DNA of 64,000 bases, from positions 66,340,001-66,404,000 of the forward strand of contig OY740786.1 of NCBI GenBank assembly GCA_963514005.1, given 5' to 3'. Shown piece by piece: positions 11,706 through 24,190 of this stretch. Each line of letters begins with the position of its first letter. The stretch's first letter is position 1. A program made the translations under genes and the position numbers. A model generated the notes under the pieces. That model was not told the origin of the DNA. It saw only the letters and a list, made by a program, of their open reading frames with translations, and did no database searches. The DNA is from Raja brachyura. Lineage: Eukaryota.

Positions 11706-13058
11706 AGGGCCTGTCCCACTTGGGCAACGTAATCCACGAGTTTGCCCTCAATTTATACTCACAGCATGGCCGACACGTGGTCTTCGTAACTCTCCTTCAT
11801 GCTCGAGTGGTCTTCGCGTACTCGAGGCCTCAGCTAGGTCGCGGCGTGTTTCCCCAATATGTTAAAAAATGCCCACGAGTAAAAAAAGGTTGCCATGGAA
11901 AAAATCTATACTTTTTTTTACTCGTAGATTTAGTCGTAGTAGGTCAACATGTCAGTCAAATGTAATCGAAGGTAGTCATAGATAGTCTCCATCAAAGTGG
12001 GCGGGCGCGACTCACGTTGCAGCGGCCCCTACAGCCTGTCTGTCTTTTTTTTTATTTTTTGTCTAGTTAAATGTAGTTGTTCGTGTTTTTTTTTGTATCG
12101 TGTTCCTAACTGTGTATGTGTGGGGGGTGGTGGTGGGGGGGGGGAAATTTTACAATCTCTTCCCTGCACGGGAGACCCGACTTTTTTCCCTGTCGGGTCT
12201 CCGTTGTCGTTTTGGGCCCAGCACAGCGGAGCGGCCTCCGACCGGGATGAGCTGCGGACTCACCATCGTGGGGCTGGCCGGCCTCGGAGCGTGGGGAGCG
12301 GTGGTGGCTCGCCGGTGCAGCCCGACTCCGGGCTCCGGAACTCCGCGTGGGGAGCGGTGGTGGCTCGCCGCTGCGGCCCGACTCCCGACTCCGGGTGGGC
12401 TGTGATATCGGGAGCTCGCGGGTCCGGGTGAGAGACCGGTCTCCGGAGCTCCCGCAACACAGCTTCTCCGGCCCGTGTCGCGGGGTTGGAGCGACCCGGA
12501 GCGGGGCCGTACATCGCCCGGTGCGGCTTCGGTGTCCGCGGGACATTCCAGCGGGACATTCCAGCGCCCGCCGGGGGCTCCAACGCTGTGACTTTGACTT
12601 TGGGCCTAGAGCGGGGCCGTACATCACCCGGCCCGGGCCTGGGACTTGGCACCGCCCGCCTGCAGCTTCGACCTCAGGAGAGAAATGGTGCGGGGGAGAG
12701 AGAAGACTTTGCCTTCCATCACAGTGAGGAGGAGATCCACTGTGATGGATGTTTGTGTCAATTGAATTGTTTGTGTGTTTTTTTATGAATTGTTCTGGTT
12801 GTAGAAACGGAGTTTCGTTCGAGCCTCTCTGAGGTTCGAATGACAAGCAATAAAATCAAATCAAATCAAATCAAATCATATTTGAAGGGAGGTTGAAGGA
12901 GATTGTCTTCACTCTCCACTATTCGGTGTCCAATTTTCCCGAAGTTAATCGTAGCTAATCGAAGCTAGCCTTCAACATAGTCGAAGGAGTTCTTCAACAT
13001 GTCATTTTCAAAACTCTTCTAAACTCGCCAATTAGGTCGCCCAAGTGGGACAGCCCCT
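11706..13058. mobile_element. PIF/Harbinger-type MITE
   Basis: TIR AGGGCCTGTCCCACTTGGGC / GCCCAAGTGGGACAGCCCCT; TAA and TTA flanks. Confidence 0.8.
11992..12878 (+). mobile_element. GC-rich non-autonomous retroelement nested in a Harbinger MITE
   Basis: Internal repeats, 3' stem-loop at 12815-12843, AATAAA and (AAATC)n tail; second copy at 9735-10332. Confidence 0.72.
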
Positions 13059-13289
13059 TTAGGTCAGCGAAATGATTAATTGGATATGAGATATTCTGGT
13101 TCTGCACTGTTGCAACAAAACCAGGAAAACAATAAACATAGTAGAGTAGAGTCTCGACCCGAAACGTAACCCATTCCTTCTCTCCAGAGATGCTGCCTGA
13201 GTTACTCCAGCTTTTTGTGTTTATCTTTAGTTTAAACCAACATCTGCAGTTCCTTCCTACACAAATCATACTATACATGAGTACAAAAA

Positions 13290-13866
13290 AAATATGGCCC
13301 CCGGGCCGAATGCAACCTGAAATCATCCGGCCCGCAGGCGTATTTTCCCCCCGTAATTATTCGACCCGCAGACTTCCGTCATCTCCAGTACATCCCGGAC
13401 CTGGGGTCGCAGCGTCCAGGCACAGTGACGCAAGGATGCCTGCGTTGGCGGAGCTGCCGAGCTCTGGTTGTACTGCATGCTGCGCAAAGCCTCCGACACG
13501 GCCACGCACCTTCTGTGTCGGGATCAGGTTTGTCAATAGGTCGGGGACGAGTAAGTGTGAGTATTTGAGCTTCGCTATCGGGATCGGGGTTGTCAGTAGG
13601 CTGGGGACGGGTGAGCGTGAGTATTTGAGCCACCGCCTGCAGGACAGAGCCAAGGCAATGATCCGTAGGTATACCATGTTCGTGAGCGCCTGTAACTTGG
13701 CCAATGCTCTGGGTGGCCTCCTCGAAGTGGCGGGATCCACGTGTGCACGTGATTTGATGCCTGCCATCTGGGGCAGGATCCATGTGTATACGTGGTAGAT
13801 ATGGCCAGCCATCTGCTCACAGACATGCCTCCTGGCCCCTATGCAGAACAAGGTTTCCGACCCCTG
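13290..13866. mobile_element. Non-autonomous hAT (Charlie-like) element, left end missing
   Basis: Right TIR AAGGTTTCCGACCCCTG; body homologous to 27490-27982. Confidence 0.7.
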
Positions 13867-16308
13867 CATTAGTGCAACAGGTAATGCAAAGATAAAAATA
13901 CCAAAGTGTAGCAACGTTGCAGTTGCAATGAAAGTATAGCAAAACAATGCTAGGTTTTTAATGAGGTAGGCTGGGAGAGCAGGGCTAGCAGCAGAAATAT
14001 TGTATGTCTGATGATGACACATAAAAATGCTGCCAACAAATTTAGAATTAACAGCCTAGTAAAATTGAGGAACCGAAGGAAATTAAAGTAACAAAGAATT
14101 CAGTGGAACTGAAAAACAATAAATCCCAAGTACCTGCTGATTTATTTTCAGGTTATGAAAGCAATAGCAATAGAGATTGTGGGTACAATGATATTCGTCC
14201 TTCAAGACAGTTTTATTAATCACAGGCAGGTGAGAGGCCCTCCATCCTGGACAGCTGCTTAAATCTGCAGTAGTGGAAGATTGCAATTCGGCCAAATGTC
14301 AGAAATTTCTCACCTGGGACACTAATGCCTAATCTCAATCTTACATGTTTTGTATTTCATGCCTAATCTCATACTTACATGTTTTCTATTTATCGATATA
14401 CAGTGCCCTCCATAATGTGTGGGACAAAGACCCATCATTTATTTATTTGTACTGCAAAATTTGAGATTTGTAATAGAAAAAACTTATGTAGTTAAAGTGC
14501 ACATTGTCAGCTTTTATTAAAGGGTATTTTTATACATTTTGGTGTCACCATGTAGAAATTACAGTCGTGTTTATACATAGTCCCCCCATTTCAGGGCACC
14601 ATCATGTTTGGGACATGGCTTCAAAGGTGATTGTAATTGCTCAGGTGTGTTTAATTATCTCCTTAATGCAGGTATAAGTGAGCTTTCAGCATCCAGTCTT
14701 TCCATCAGTCTTTCCATCACCTTTGGAAACCTTCATTGCTGTTTATCAACACGAGGACCAAAGTTGTGCCAATAAAAGTCAAAGAAGCCATTATGAGACA
14801 AGAATAAAACTGTTAGAGACATCAGCCAAACCTTAAGTTCACCAAAATCAACTGTTTGGAACATCATTAAGAAGAACTTAAGAAGCTAACTAATTGCAAA
14901 GGGACTGGCAGGCCAAGGACAACCTCCACAGCTGATGACAGAAGAATTCTCTCTGTAATAAAGACAAATCCCAAACACCTGTCTGTTGGATCAGAAACCT
15001 TCAGGAGTCAGGTGTGGATTTGTCAATAACTACTGTCTGCAGAAGACTTCATGAACAGAAATACAGAGGCTACACTGCAAGATGCAAACCACTGGTCAGC
15101 CGTAAAAATAGGATGGCCAGGTTACAGTTTGCCAAGAAGTACTTAAAAGAGCAACCACAGTTCTGGAAAAAGGTCTTGTGGAAAGGTGAGATAAAGATTA
15201 ACATATCAGAGTGATGGCAAGAGCAAAGCATGGAGGAGAGAAGGAACTGCCCAAGATCCAAAGCATACAACATCATCTGTGAAACACAGTAGTGGGGGTA
15301 TTATGCCTGGGCATGTATGGCTGCTGAAGGTACTGGCTGACTTATCTTCATTGATAATACAACTGCTGATGCATGGGTCGAAATTAACGGTTGCCCAGGT
15401 GCCAATGGCTACCTAAAGTCCCACCGGGCAACCTAAAAGCCATGTCATTTTGCCTGGCTTGGCAAGCACCCGGTACACCTATCATTCAACTCTGAGCAGG
15501 CCCCCTTCTCTATCTCCCTCTTTCTGTCACTCTCTGTCTCCGCCGTCCATCCGTGTCTGGGCCGCCCGGTCTCTGCTCTGAGGCTGCTCCTCATCCGCTG
15601 GCACGCCCCGCCGCCTTGCACATGCGCACAACCACGGCCAGCACATCATCGGCCGCCTGCACCGCCACGGCAACTGGTCAGCGCCGGGCACTTTCTCCCT
15701 CCCTTTGCATTGTGGGAGATCTGGCCGCCATTGCAGTCTGGTCGCCGCCTCGCCGCGACCGCTGAAACCCAATGCAGAATCACTCACTGGAGTATCTGTT
15801 GTGCTGCAGCAAGCAAGAATTTCATTGTCCTATCTGGGACACATGACAATAAAATTCTCTTGGACTTGGACTTAAGCAGAAAAGTGTGCTTGGGGGGAAA
15901 AAAGAGCTACCTTAAATTTAGTTGTGTCAGGTTGGATAACTATGGTAGGGTGAAGACTATTCCATGCTTTAATTGTGCGGGGGAACTTCATGGAGCAGCC
16001 AGCATCTCTGGATAGAAGAAATTGGATTACTTTTTGGGTAGAGGCGCTTCTTTAGACTCCCTCTGGTTTTAGTGTTTTTAGTTTAATTTAAGGATACAGC
16101 GTGGAAACAGGCCCTTCGGCCCACTGAGTCCACGGCGACCACCGAGTTCTATCCCACACATTAGCGACGCAAGTCAAGAATGTTTTATTCTCTCACATCC
16201 CAGTTAGAACAATTACATCCTTAATCGCAGCAGCACAACAGAATATGTAAACATAGTACTCTGTAAACAATGTTATAAACTAGAAAAAGTGTGTGTATAT
16301 GTATGTGC

Positions 16309-16310
<2 letters not shown>

Positions 16311-16358
<48 letters not shown>
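16311..16358. repeat. (TA)n microsatellite
   Basis: Direct inspection. Confidence 0.97.
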
Positions 16359-16362
<4 letters not shown>

Positions 16363-16639
16363 AGACACACACAATACTTCCCTCCTGGGATTAATAAAGT
16401 TTTTCCGTATAGTATCGTGTGTGCAGCAAGGAACTGCAGATGCTGGTTTAAACCGAATATAGACACAAAAAGCTGGAGTAACTGAGCAGGTTAGACAGAA
16501 TATCTGGATAAAAGGAAAATATTACATTTTGGGTTGAGTCTGAAAAAGGTTCCTGCACACCTTTGGAATGTGGAAGGAAACAAGAGCACCCGGCAAAAAA
16601 CCCATGCGATCAAAGGGAAAAGGAGCAAACTTCATACAG

Positions 16640-17556
16640 CTATGGAGCGAAGGAATAGGCGGCGTTTCGGGTTGAGATCCTTCTTGAGATTGATGTCGGG
16701 GTTGGGGGGGGGTTAGGGTGAAATTGGAGAAGCCAATGTTCATACTGCTGTGGTGTAAACTACCCAAGCGAAGTATGAGGCGCTGTTCTTCAAATTTGCG
16801 GTGGGCCTCACTCTGGCCATGGAGGGCAGAAAGGTGGGATTCGGAAGGGGGGGGGGAGGGGAGGGGAGTTGAAGAGCTGAGCCACCGGGAGATCAGGTTG
16901 GTTATTACGAACTGAGTGGAGGTGTTGTGCGAAGCAATCGCCATGCCTGCGTTTGGTCTCACCGAGGGTACACAAAAGGCTGGAGAAACTCAGCAGGTGC
17001 AGCAGCATCTAAGGAGCGAAGGAGATGGGTGACGTTTCGGGTCGAGATCCTTCTTCAGACTGGTTAGGGATCAGGGAAACGAGAGGTATAGATGGTGATG
17101 TGGAGAGATAAAGAACAATGAATGAAAGATATGCAAAAAAGTATCGATGATAAAGGAAACAGGCCATTGTAAGCTGTTTGTAGTGTGAAAAAGAGAAGTT
17201 AGTGCAACTTGGGTGGGGGAGAGATAGAGAGAGAGGAAATGCCAGGGCCCGAGGGCTGAGGGAGAGGTGGGGAGGAGACAGCAAGGGTCAACAGAATTGA
17301 GAAAATTCAATGTTCAAGCCCAGAGGATGCAGACTCCCCAAGCGGAATATGAGGTGCTCTTCCTCCAACTTGCGGTGTTGCTCACTCTGGCCGTGGAGGA
17401 GGCCCAGGACCGAGAGGTCGGATACGGAATGGGAGGGGGAGTTGAAGTGTTGAGCCACCAGGAGGTCGGGTTGGTTATTGCGGACCGAGCGGAGGTGTTC
17501 GGCGAAACAATCGCCAAGCCTCCGGTTGGTCTCACCGATATAGATCAGCTGGCTCA
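16640..17556 (-). mobile_element. Two tandem Penelope 3' fragments (GIY-YIG end plus pseudo-LTR)
   Basis: IYIGETNRRLGDCFAEHLRSV...VAQHFNS...LIFRLGSL; 16968-17556 is highly similar to 29185-29770. Confidence 0.9.
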
Positions 17557-20189
17557 CTGAGGTTGATCATACGCTGAATAATTCAACCATATTTTTGTTT
17601 GGAAGTGGAAAGAAATAATAGAAATTTTATTTATTGCAACGTGTAAAAAGAGTTGAGATACTGTATTATAATTTTGCTGCATGTCATTGTGGTATATATC
17701 ATGTCTTGATTGGTGAATATGTTTAGTTTGTGACTTTATTTGAAGCAGAAATAATATGCGAATGCTTCATTGAGCATAATTCCGACTGGTAACTACGCAC
17801 TTAGTCCGAGCACATCATCGCATGCGTCATGCAAACAGTCTTAAATGACCACCTAAACTGTGATTTTGCAACCTAGCTGACGAGAAAAAGTTAAGTGAGA
17901 GCCCTGTGATGGTAGTAGCATAATGAATTCTGAAGTGTTACATCCTATCTGCTCAAGTTCAAACAAATGCCTCTAAACTCATTGTCCGGCAGTTCATTCT
18001 ACAGCAAGGCATTGATCCCAAACATACTGCTAAAGCAACAAAGGAGTTTTTCAAAGCTAAAAAATGGTCAAATCCTGAGTGGTCAAGTCAATCACACGAT
18101 CTGAACCCAATTGAGCATGCCTTCTATATTCTGAAAAGAAAACTGATGCTATCCCCCCCAAACATGCATAAGCTAAAGATGGCTGCAATACAGGTCTGGC
18201 AGAGCATCACCAGAGAAGACGGCCAGCAACTGGTGATGTCCATAAATCGCAGACTTCAAGTAGTAATTGCATGCAAAGGATATGTAACAAAATACGACTA
18301 CTTTCATTTACATGACAATGCTGTGTCCCAAACATTATGGTGCCCCGAAATGGGGGAAGACTATGTATAAACACTGCTGTAATTTCTACATGGTGAAACT
18401 GTATAAAAATGGCTTTTTATTAAAATCTGACAATTTGCACTTTAACCACATGTGATTTTTTTTTCTATTACAAATCTCAGAATTGCGAGTACAAAATCAA
18501 ATAAATAAATGAACGGTCTTTGTCCCAAACATTATGGAGGGCACTGTATAACTAAAAGTATCATCTTGTATGTATGTATGTTCCCGAAATACAGCCAAAA
18601 CGGTGCCTTAATGGTAGCCATACTCACCATTCGCCTGGGGTGTGCAGTAGCAAGTTTGGTTCGATTTTACAAAGTATTTCTCTTTATAACCAATTTATAA
18701 ATTTACAATCATTCAAAATATTTACCCTCAAAAGAACATTTTTGTTTTTTTTAGCATCAACATCTAAAACATGCAAGATCTTTATTTATTTGTGAACATC
18801 ATAAATGTGATCACCCCTGAAAAATTGGTTCTAAATTCATCTCCAGTTTTGTTTAGAACGTCTCTGGTGAATATAACTAGGGGATATTTTGGGTCGAGAT
18901 ACTGTGCCTGGAATCCAGGTGAGTTGACATCCCTGGCCATCGGTAGGTCAGCCACCATAACTGAAATCTGTTATAAAGAGTTCAATTAAAACGAGAGTAT
19001 ACTGTATTTGTTTGTGATCAAATGTCATAGATAAAATTAATAGTATTAGCCAATAATTCCAATCAAAACTGGTTAAACGATTATTCCATTAAATAACTGA
19101 AAATTCCAATTTTAATGCTTCATTTAGTAACTGACAAACTAACCTGCCACATGCCAATTTTTTTGTTTTTTGCGTATGTGTAGATTACTTCATGATCTTT
19201 ATTATAATCAATTGTCACCTCAAATACCCAACCCATGCCAACTTCTTCATTCTATATCACAGATAACTTTTTTTCAAAAAAATACTTGTGTCTAATTTAT
19301 ATCAACCACCAGCTCTGGCAAAATTTAGGGCATCTTGGTATATTTACATGAGATATGGAATGTGAGCATTATCAGATGTAAACTGAACAATCTAAAAGTT
19401 ACATGTTCCCTTGATGGTCCCCAAATAGATCTTTTTTTTAAGCCAAATTCCACTTTTTAGCTCTTATCCCATTTGTGCATATTAAGTTTTGGAAACATTG
19501 TTCTCAAAATCACATTAAAGCTTTATTTTAAAACAATAAGACTTTGTAATCTCTGTGTACTCTATTTGCATCTTATCTTTACAATAGTTAAAACTAACTA
19601 AGATATTCCTGAACAAATATTTTCAGGCCAGAGTACTGATCTTTGAACTTGTATTTCACCCACGGTTCTCCACAAAACATTTGTATTTCAATTGGACTCC
19701 CTTTTCATTCTCTCAGACCATTTGCTCCAGTTTACTTATCCAAACTCAAATTTCCATCATTGAATGCAATTTCTTTTCATTGAGTTTTTATCTTCAGAAT
19801 TCAATTACTGCCACCAGATAAAAGATCAGAAAAAGCACTTTTATTCCATAATGTTATAATTTAACAACTTTCTCAATTACACTCTTCCCAAATGTGAACT
19901 GAGAATTTAATATTACTAACCTTCATAACCTTGTGGAGTAAAATGTTTGGTAAACAAAAAGAGATTGTTACTAACGAATGAATTCATCTATTCTTTCTTC
20001 GGAAAAAATCATTATATACGAATTATACACAAATATGAGGAGAAAGGTAAATTAATTTTGGTCTAATAATATGGATTTTAGGCTTAATGATCAATGTTAT
20101 TCATCTCCCAATGTTCCCAAAGCCCAGGTGTCTCTAGATTTCTGATGCAGGCAATCAGATGTCAGAAGTAAGAAAGGAAAAAGGGCAGA

Positions 20190-20635
20190 GACCCTTCAGA
20201 CAACCCAAAATGTCAAAGAAGGAACTGCAGATGCTGGAAAATCGAGGGTTTACACAAAATGCTGAAGAAACTCAGCGGGTGCAGCAGCATCTATCTCCGG
20301 AGGGAGGAGGAGAACTTCTTCAAAGTAGGCATACCTTGAGGAGATTTTGCAGTGGAGTAGACAAAGTGTTAAAGAAGGAACTGCAGATTCCGGAGGGAGG
20401 AGGAGAACTTCTTCAAAGTAGGCATACCGCGAGGAGATTTTGCAGTGGAGTAGACAAAGTGTTAAAGAAGGAACTGCAGATACTGAGTCTGAAGAAAGGT
20501 TTCGGCCCAAAACGTTGCCTATCTCCTTCGACCCAAAATGTCACCTATCCATGTTCTCCAGAGATACTATCTGACTAGCTGAGTTACTCCAGCATTCTGT
20601 GTATTATCCAGCATCTGCAATTCTTTGTTTCTACA
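20190..20635. mobile_element. Penelope pseudo-LTR-derived composite with a 93-bp tandem duplication
   Basis: Unit starts at 20296 and 20389; degenerate CTGAAGA...AAAC motif near 20489. Confidence 0.7.
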
Positions 20636-22309
20636 TTGGTCAAGAGAGCACCTGCTCTGTAGAAATGGGAGATGTAGTTGCATTTTCTTGTTCGAAGGTA
20701 ATCACAAAAAATGTACTCACTGAAGGCAATTACCCAGCACATGTCCATATGATCATAAAAGAGTTATCCAACTTATACTGCACTTACTGGCACTTGGTCC
20801 ATTACCTTGAAGTTAAATAGTTCTTCATTTTCAACTATTTAAAGTTTAGTCATAGAGCTGTATAGCACCAAAACAGACCTTTCAGCCTAACTCATCTATG
20901 CCAACTAAGTGGCGTGATTGAGATAGTCCCACTTGCCTACTACGCCTTGCCATTTTCGCTCCAAACCTTTTGTTTGCAAATGGCTGAACAAATGTATTTT
21001 ATGTCATAATTGCACCCATCTCTACCACTTCCCCTGGCAATTCATTCATCTATGTGAAAAAGTTGCCCCCAGGTCTATTTATTTTTCCCCTCGCATCTTA
21101 AATCTATACTCTCTAGTTTTAGACTTTTCTACCCTGGCAAAAAGACTGTGGCCATCCATTTTATCTATGCTCCTGTTTGTTTTATAAATCATTAAGGTCA
21201 CCCCTCAATGTCCTACACCAGGGAAAACAGACCCAGCCTATCCATCCCTACTCAAACCTTCCAGACCCAACAACACCCTCATAAATTAGCGATGTTACAA
21301 ACCCTCCCCCCAGTCAGCGGCGCTGTAGATCTGCCACTGGCTGTGTGTGCAACTCCGGAGCCTTTGAGGGGAAGTGCGGGATTAAAATGCAGGGTTGTAT
21401 CGCTTGTCGGAGAGGGATTTGCTCGGGCTGCTAGTCGATGAAGAAAAATCGATCGGACTTCTGTTCCCTTTTTTTAAAAAATAAATTGCTGGATTAAAGT
21501 AAAAAGCGACTTCTAACGCCCTCAACGTCATGGATTGCAATATCAGGACAAAACAAAAGGTAAGTCGTTTATTCCACGTATAATCTTGCTTCATGGGGTG
21601 GCTTTAGTCTAATTTTATGATGTGAAAATGTTATTTAGTCCCCATATGAGTCGGCCATGTCTTGCCTGCTGATATGGGCTTAAAATTCACGGCAACGGCA
21701 ACGTTCCAATCAATTGCATTCCAGAAACACCCACTCGAAAAATGATTAAAATTCTCTTTTTTTTTTAAGACAACCATGTCATAAGAGCATCTAAATTGTC
21801 TATATTTTGTATTATTGTCTATTCATAATCAATATTTTTATACTAAATAGCCACAACAGTTTTAGTCACATGTATTGTGCAAAAAATAATAATTTTGATT
21901 ATGTTGAGAGTGGATGTTTCTAGATTAATTTATGGGAATTAAGCATTAAATTCCTTCCATTTCTGCATATAAGTTCATGACAGTGAGATTTAAAAATCAT
22001 GTTATATTGTCAATCTTGTGTGTATGGGATTAGTTTGTTATTTGGATACTTAGGCAATTTTTTTTTTTTTGCCCTTTCTTCAGAAATGGATAGATGTTTA
22101 GATCTAGTAATTGAATTTAGATTAATTCAATTGATTAGATGAATTTAATTGATTTGATGAAACTGATTAATATGATTTTTTTTGTTGGTTATTTACTATT
22201 TGTTTTAGTGTTTAACTTTATCATTTCAACCTTTTTTTCTAAAACTGCAAATAATAACTTGTTTCTGTTAATGCTGTTCAGTGTTTTTTTCCCTTTACAT
22301 TTAAAACAG

Positions 22310-22654
22310 ATGTCTCCAAAGAAGAAACGGAAAATTGCCAATCCAAATGCCCAGCAAGAGACCGATTTAAACAGCATTCGCAGAGATTATCCAAATTTGG
22401 ACTGCTCCAAATGTGATGATCTACAGGACATTCTTAATGGGAAAGTAGTGGGTAGAAAGGCATGTCATGCGTGGTTTAAAGAGCTAAAACCTGTAGTTTG
22501 CAATGGCAAAAAGTTGAGGAAAAACAAGGTGTACAAAGTTCCTTATTGGTTACAATCTGAGGAGTATGATGATGCTACTGATTATGATATGCCAGTGTAC
22601 CAGCTAGCAACTGATCTTCTCCATACAGACTTGGTTTATTGCTCGAAATTGTAA
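22310..22654 (+). CDS. Transposon-borne ORF or terminal exon: NLS plus Spindlin/Ssty Tudor-like domain
   Basis: Pyrimidine tract and cag|ATG; PKKKRKI; VGRKACHAW...YKVPY...VYQLATDLLHTDL resembles the Spin/Ssty repeat; 114 aa, uninterrupted. Confidence 0.55.
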   Translation: MSPKKKRKIANPNAQQETDLNSIRRDYPNLDCSKCDDLQDILNGKVVGRKACHAWFKELKPVVCNGKKLRKNKVYKVPYWLQSEEYDDATDYDMPVYQLATDLLHTDLVYCSKL

Positions 22655-22805
22655 TTTATTTATCTATCCGTTACGGACTTACAGCATACAATACAATAAT
22701 ATTAAAGTTCTGATCTTGAGAACATCGCATTTTTAAATTTTCTTTTTGTCTTTTTTATATATACCCCTTTTTTACATTTAATTTCTTTTAAGGCTTTTTT
22801 TAAGG

Positions 22806-23650
22806 CTCTGAACACCAAGAAAACCAAAGAGCTCATTGTCGACTTCAGGAGGCACAGCACCGACTTAGCCTCCTTATACATCAACGGCGAGTGTGTGGAG
22901 AGGGCCCACACCTTCCGGTTTCTCGGCATCCTCATCTCCGCTGACATCTCCTGGACAGACAACATCACAGCGGTCATCAAGAAGGCTCAGCAGCGGCTGC
23001 ACTTCCTGAGGGTCCTCAGGAAGCACAACCTGGACTCCAACCTGCTGCTGACCTTCTACCGCTCGTCCATTGAGAGCCTGTTGACATACTGCATTACAGC
23101 ATGGTACGGCAGCTGCACCATGGTAGACAGGGAGAGGCTTCAGAGGGTAGTCAGGGCAGCACAGAAGATCATCGGCTGCCCTCTCCCCTCTCTGATGGAC
23201 ATTTACACCTCCCGCTGCCTCAGTAGGGTGAAGAACATTATCAAGGACAGCTCCCATCCTGCATTTGGCCTGTTCAACCTGCTGCCCTCAGGGAGGCGCT
23301 ATAGGTGCATCAGCACAAGGACAAATAGACTCAAGAACAGTTTCTTTCCAAAATCCATTATCTCCCTGAACTCACACATGCACTGACTTCACAGCCTAAC
23401 CCCGGACTTTCATCTATCCACCTACTGTAATTTGTACTGTAACTGTAATTTCCAATATGTGCAATAACCCATACTGGATATAGGAATCCTATTTATTCAT
23501 TCTATTTATCCATTGTCTTTTTATAGATGTGTATATAGCGCCGCAGAAACTGTGCACCTTATCCCCCCCCCCCCTTTTGTTTTGCACTGAGTCGGATCAG
23601 CTTTTAATCTCATTGTACATGTGTATAGTGACAATAAAAAGGCATTCTCA
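22806..23650 (+). mobile_element. Rex1/Babar LINE 3' fragment
   Basis: LNTKKTKELIVDFRR, KKAQQRLHFLRVLRK, FYRSSIESLLTYCITAWYG, LLPSGRRYR; AATAAA tail. Confidence 0.93.
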
Positions 23651-23654
23651 TTTA

Positions 23655-24190
23655 GAAAGGAGAGGGAAATAAATACCAGCAAAGAAAGTAGTAAAGTGAA
23701 AAATAGATGTGAAAGTGCAAAAGCGTGACATAGGGAAAGGAAACACTTGAAGAGTTAGAGACCGGAGATTAAGAGATAGACCCTGGCGAGGAAAAAGAAA
23801 AAGGGAAAGATAGAGAAAGAAATAAGAAAAGCCAGTTACTTTATTATAAACATCTCACAAAAGGAATCTACCAAATCGACGTTTTTCTTCCCCCTTTACC
23901 AAGACCCGACACCGGTACTTTTTTGAGGTATTCTTGTAATAGATTTATTATAAGAACCTTATCCTTGTAATAGATTTATAAATACAGACCACGTCTTATA
24001 GAAACAGTCTGATTTTCCTGCTAGTCAAGAGTCTCATATCTTCCAAATGTAGTGTTTCGAACATAGTTGAAATCCACATATTAACTGTTTATAGGAGAAT
24101 TTTCCCAGAATTTTAAGATTAGCTTCTATCCAGTTATTAAGCCATATTCAAATAGAGTATTTTGAAACACATTTAATTCAAGGCAGTCTG
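23655..24190 (-). mobile_element. L1-clade LINE 3' fragment
   Basis: Degenerate ORF2 C-terminus and pyrimidine-rich 3' UTR similar in style to 35305-37120. Confidence 0.55.

Larger units (their letters stand above)
15372..17906. mobile_element. hAT-like TIR element with a 5-bp TSD, nested in Tc1
   Basis: TGATG duplicated at 15367-15371 and 17907-17911; imperfect TIRs CATGGGTCGAAATTAAC and CAGGGCTCTCACTTAAC (rc). Confidence 0.7.
14401..18546 (+). mobile_element. Tc1-family IR-DR transposon with degenerate transposase, interrupted at 15372-17906
   Basis: TA-CAGTGCCCTCCATAATG...CATTATGGAGGGCACTG-TA; ~215-bp TIRs with inner direct repeats; ARCKPLVSRKNRMARLQFAK, DPKHTAK and DLNPIEH motifs. Confidence 0.95.

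Noticed and set aside
11997-14022. Cluster of 100-246-aa overlapping ORFs
   Set aside because: GC-rich SINE-like and hAT sequence with few stops; no domain similarity
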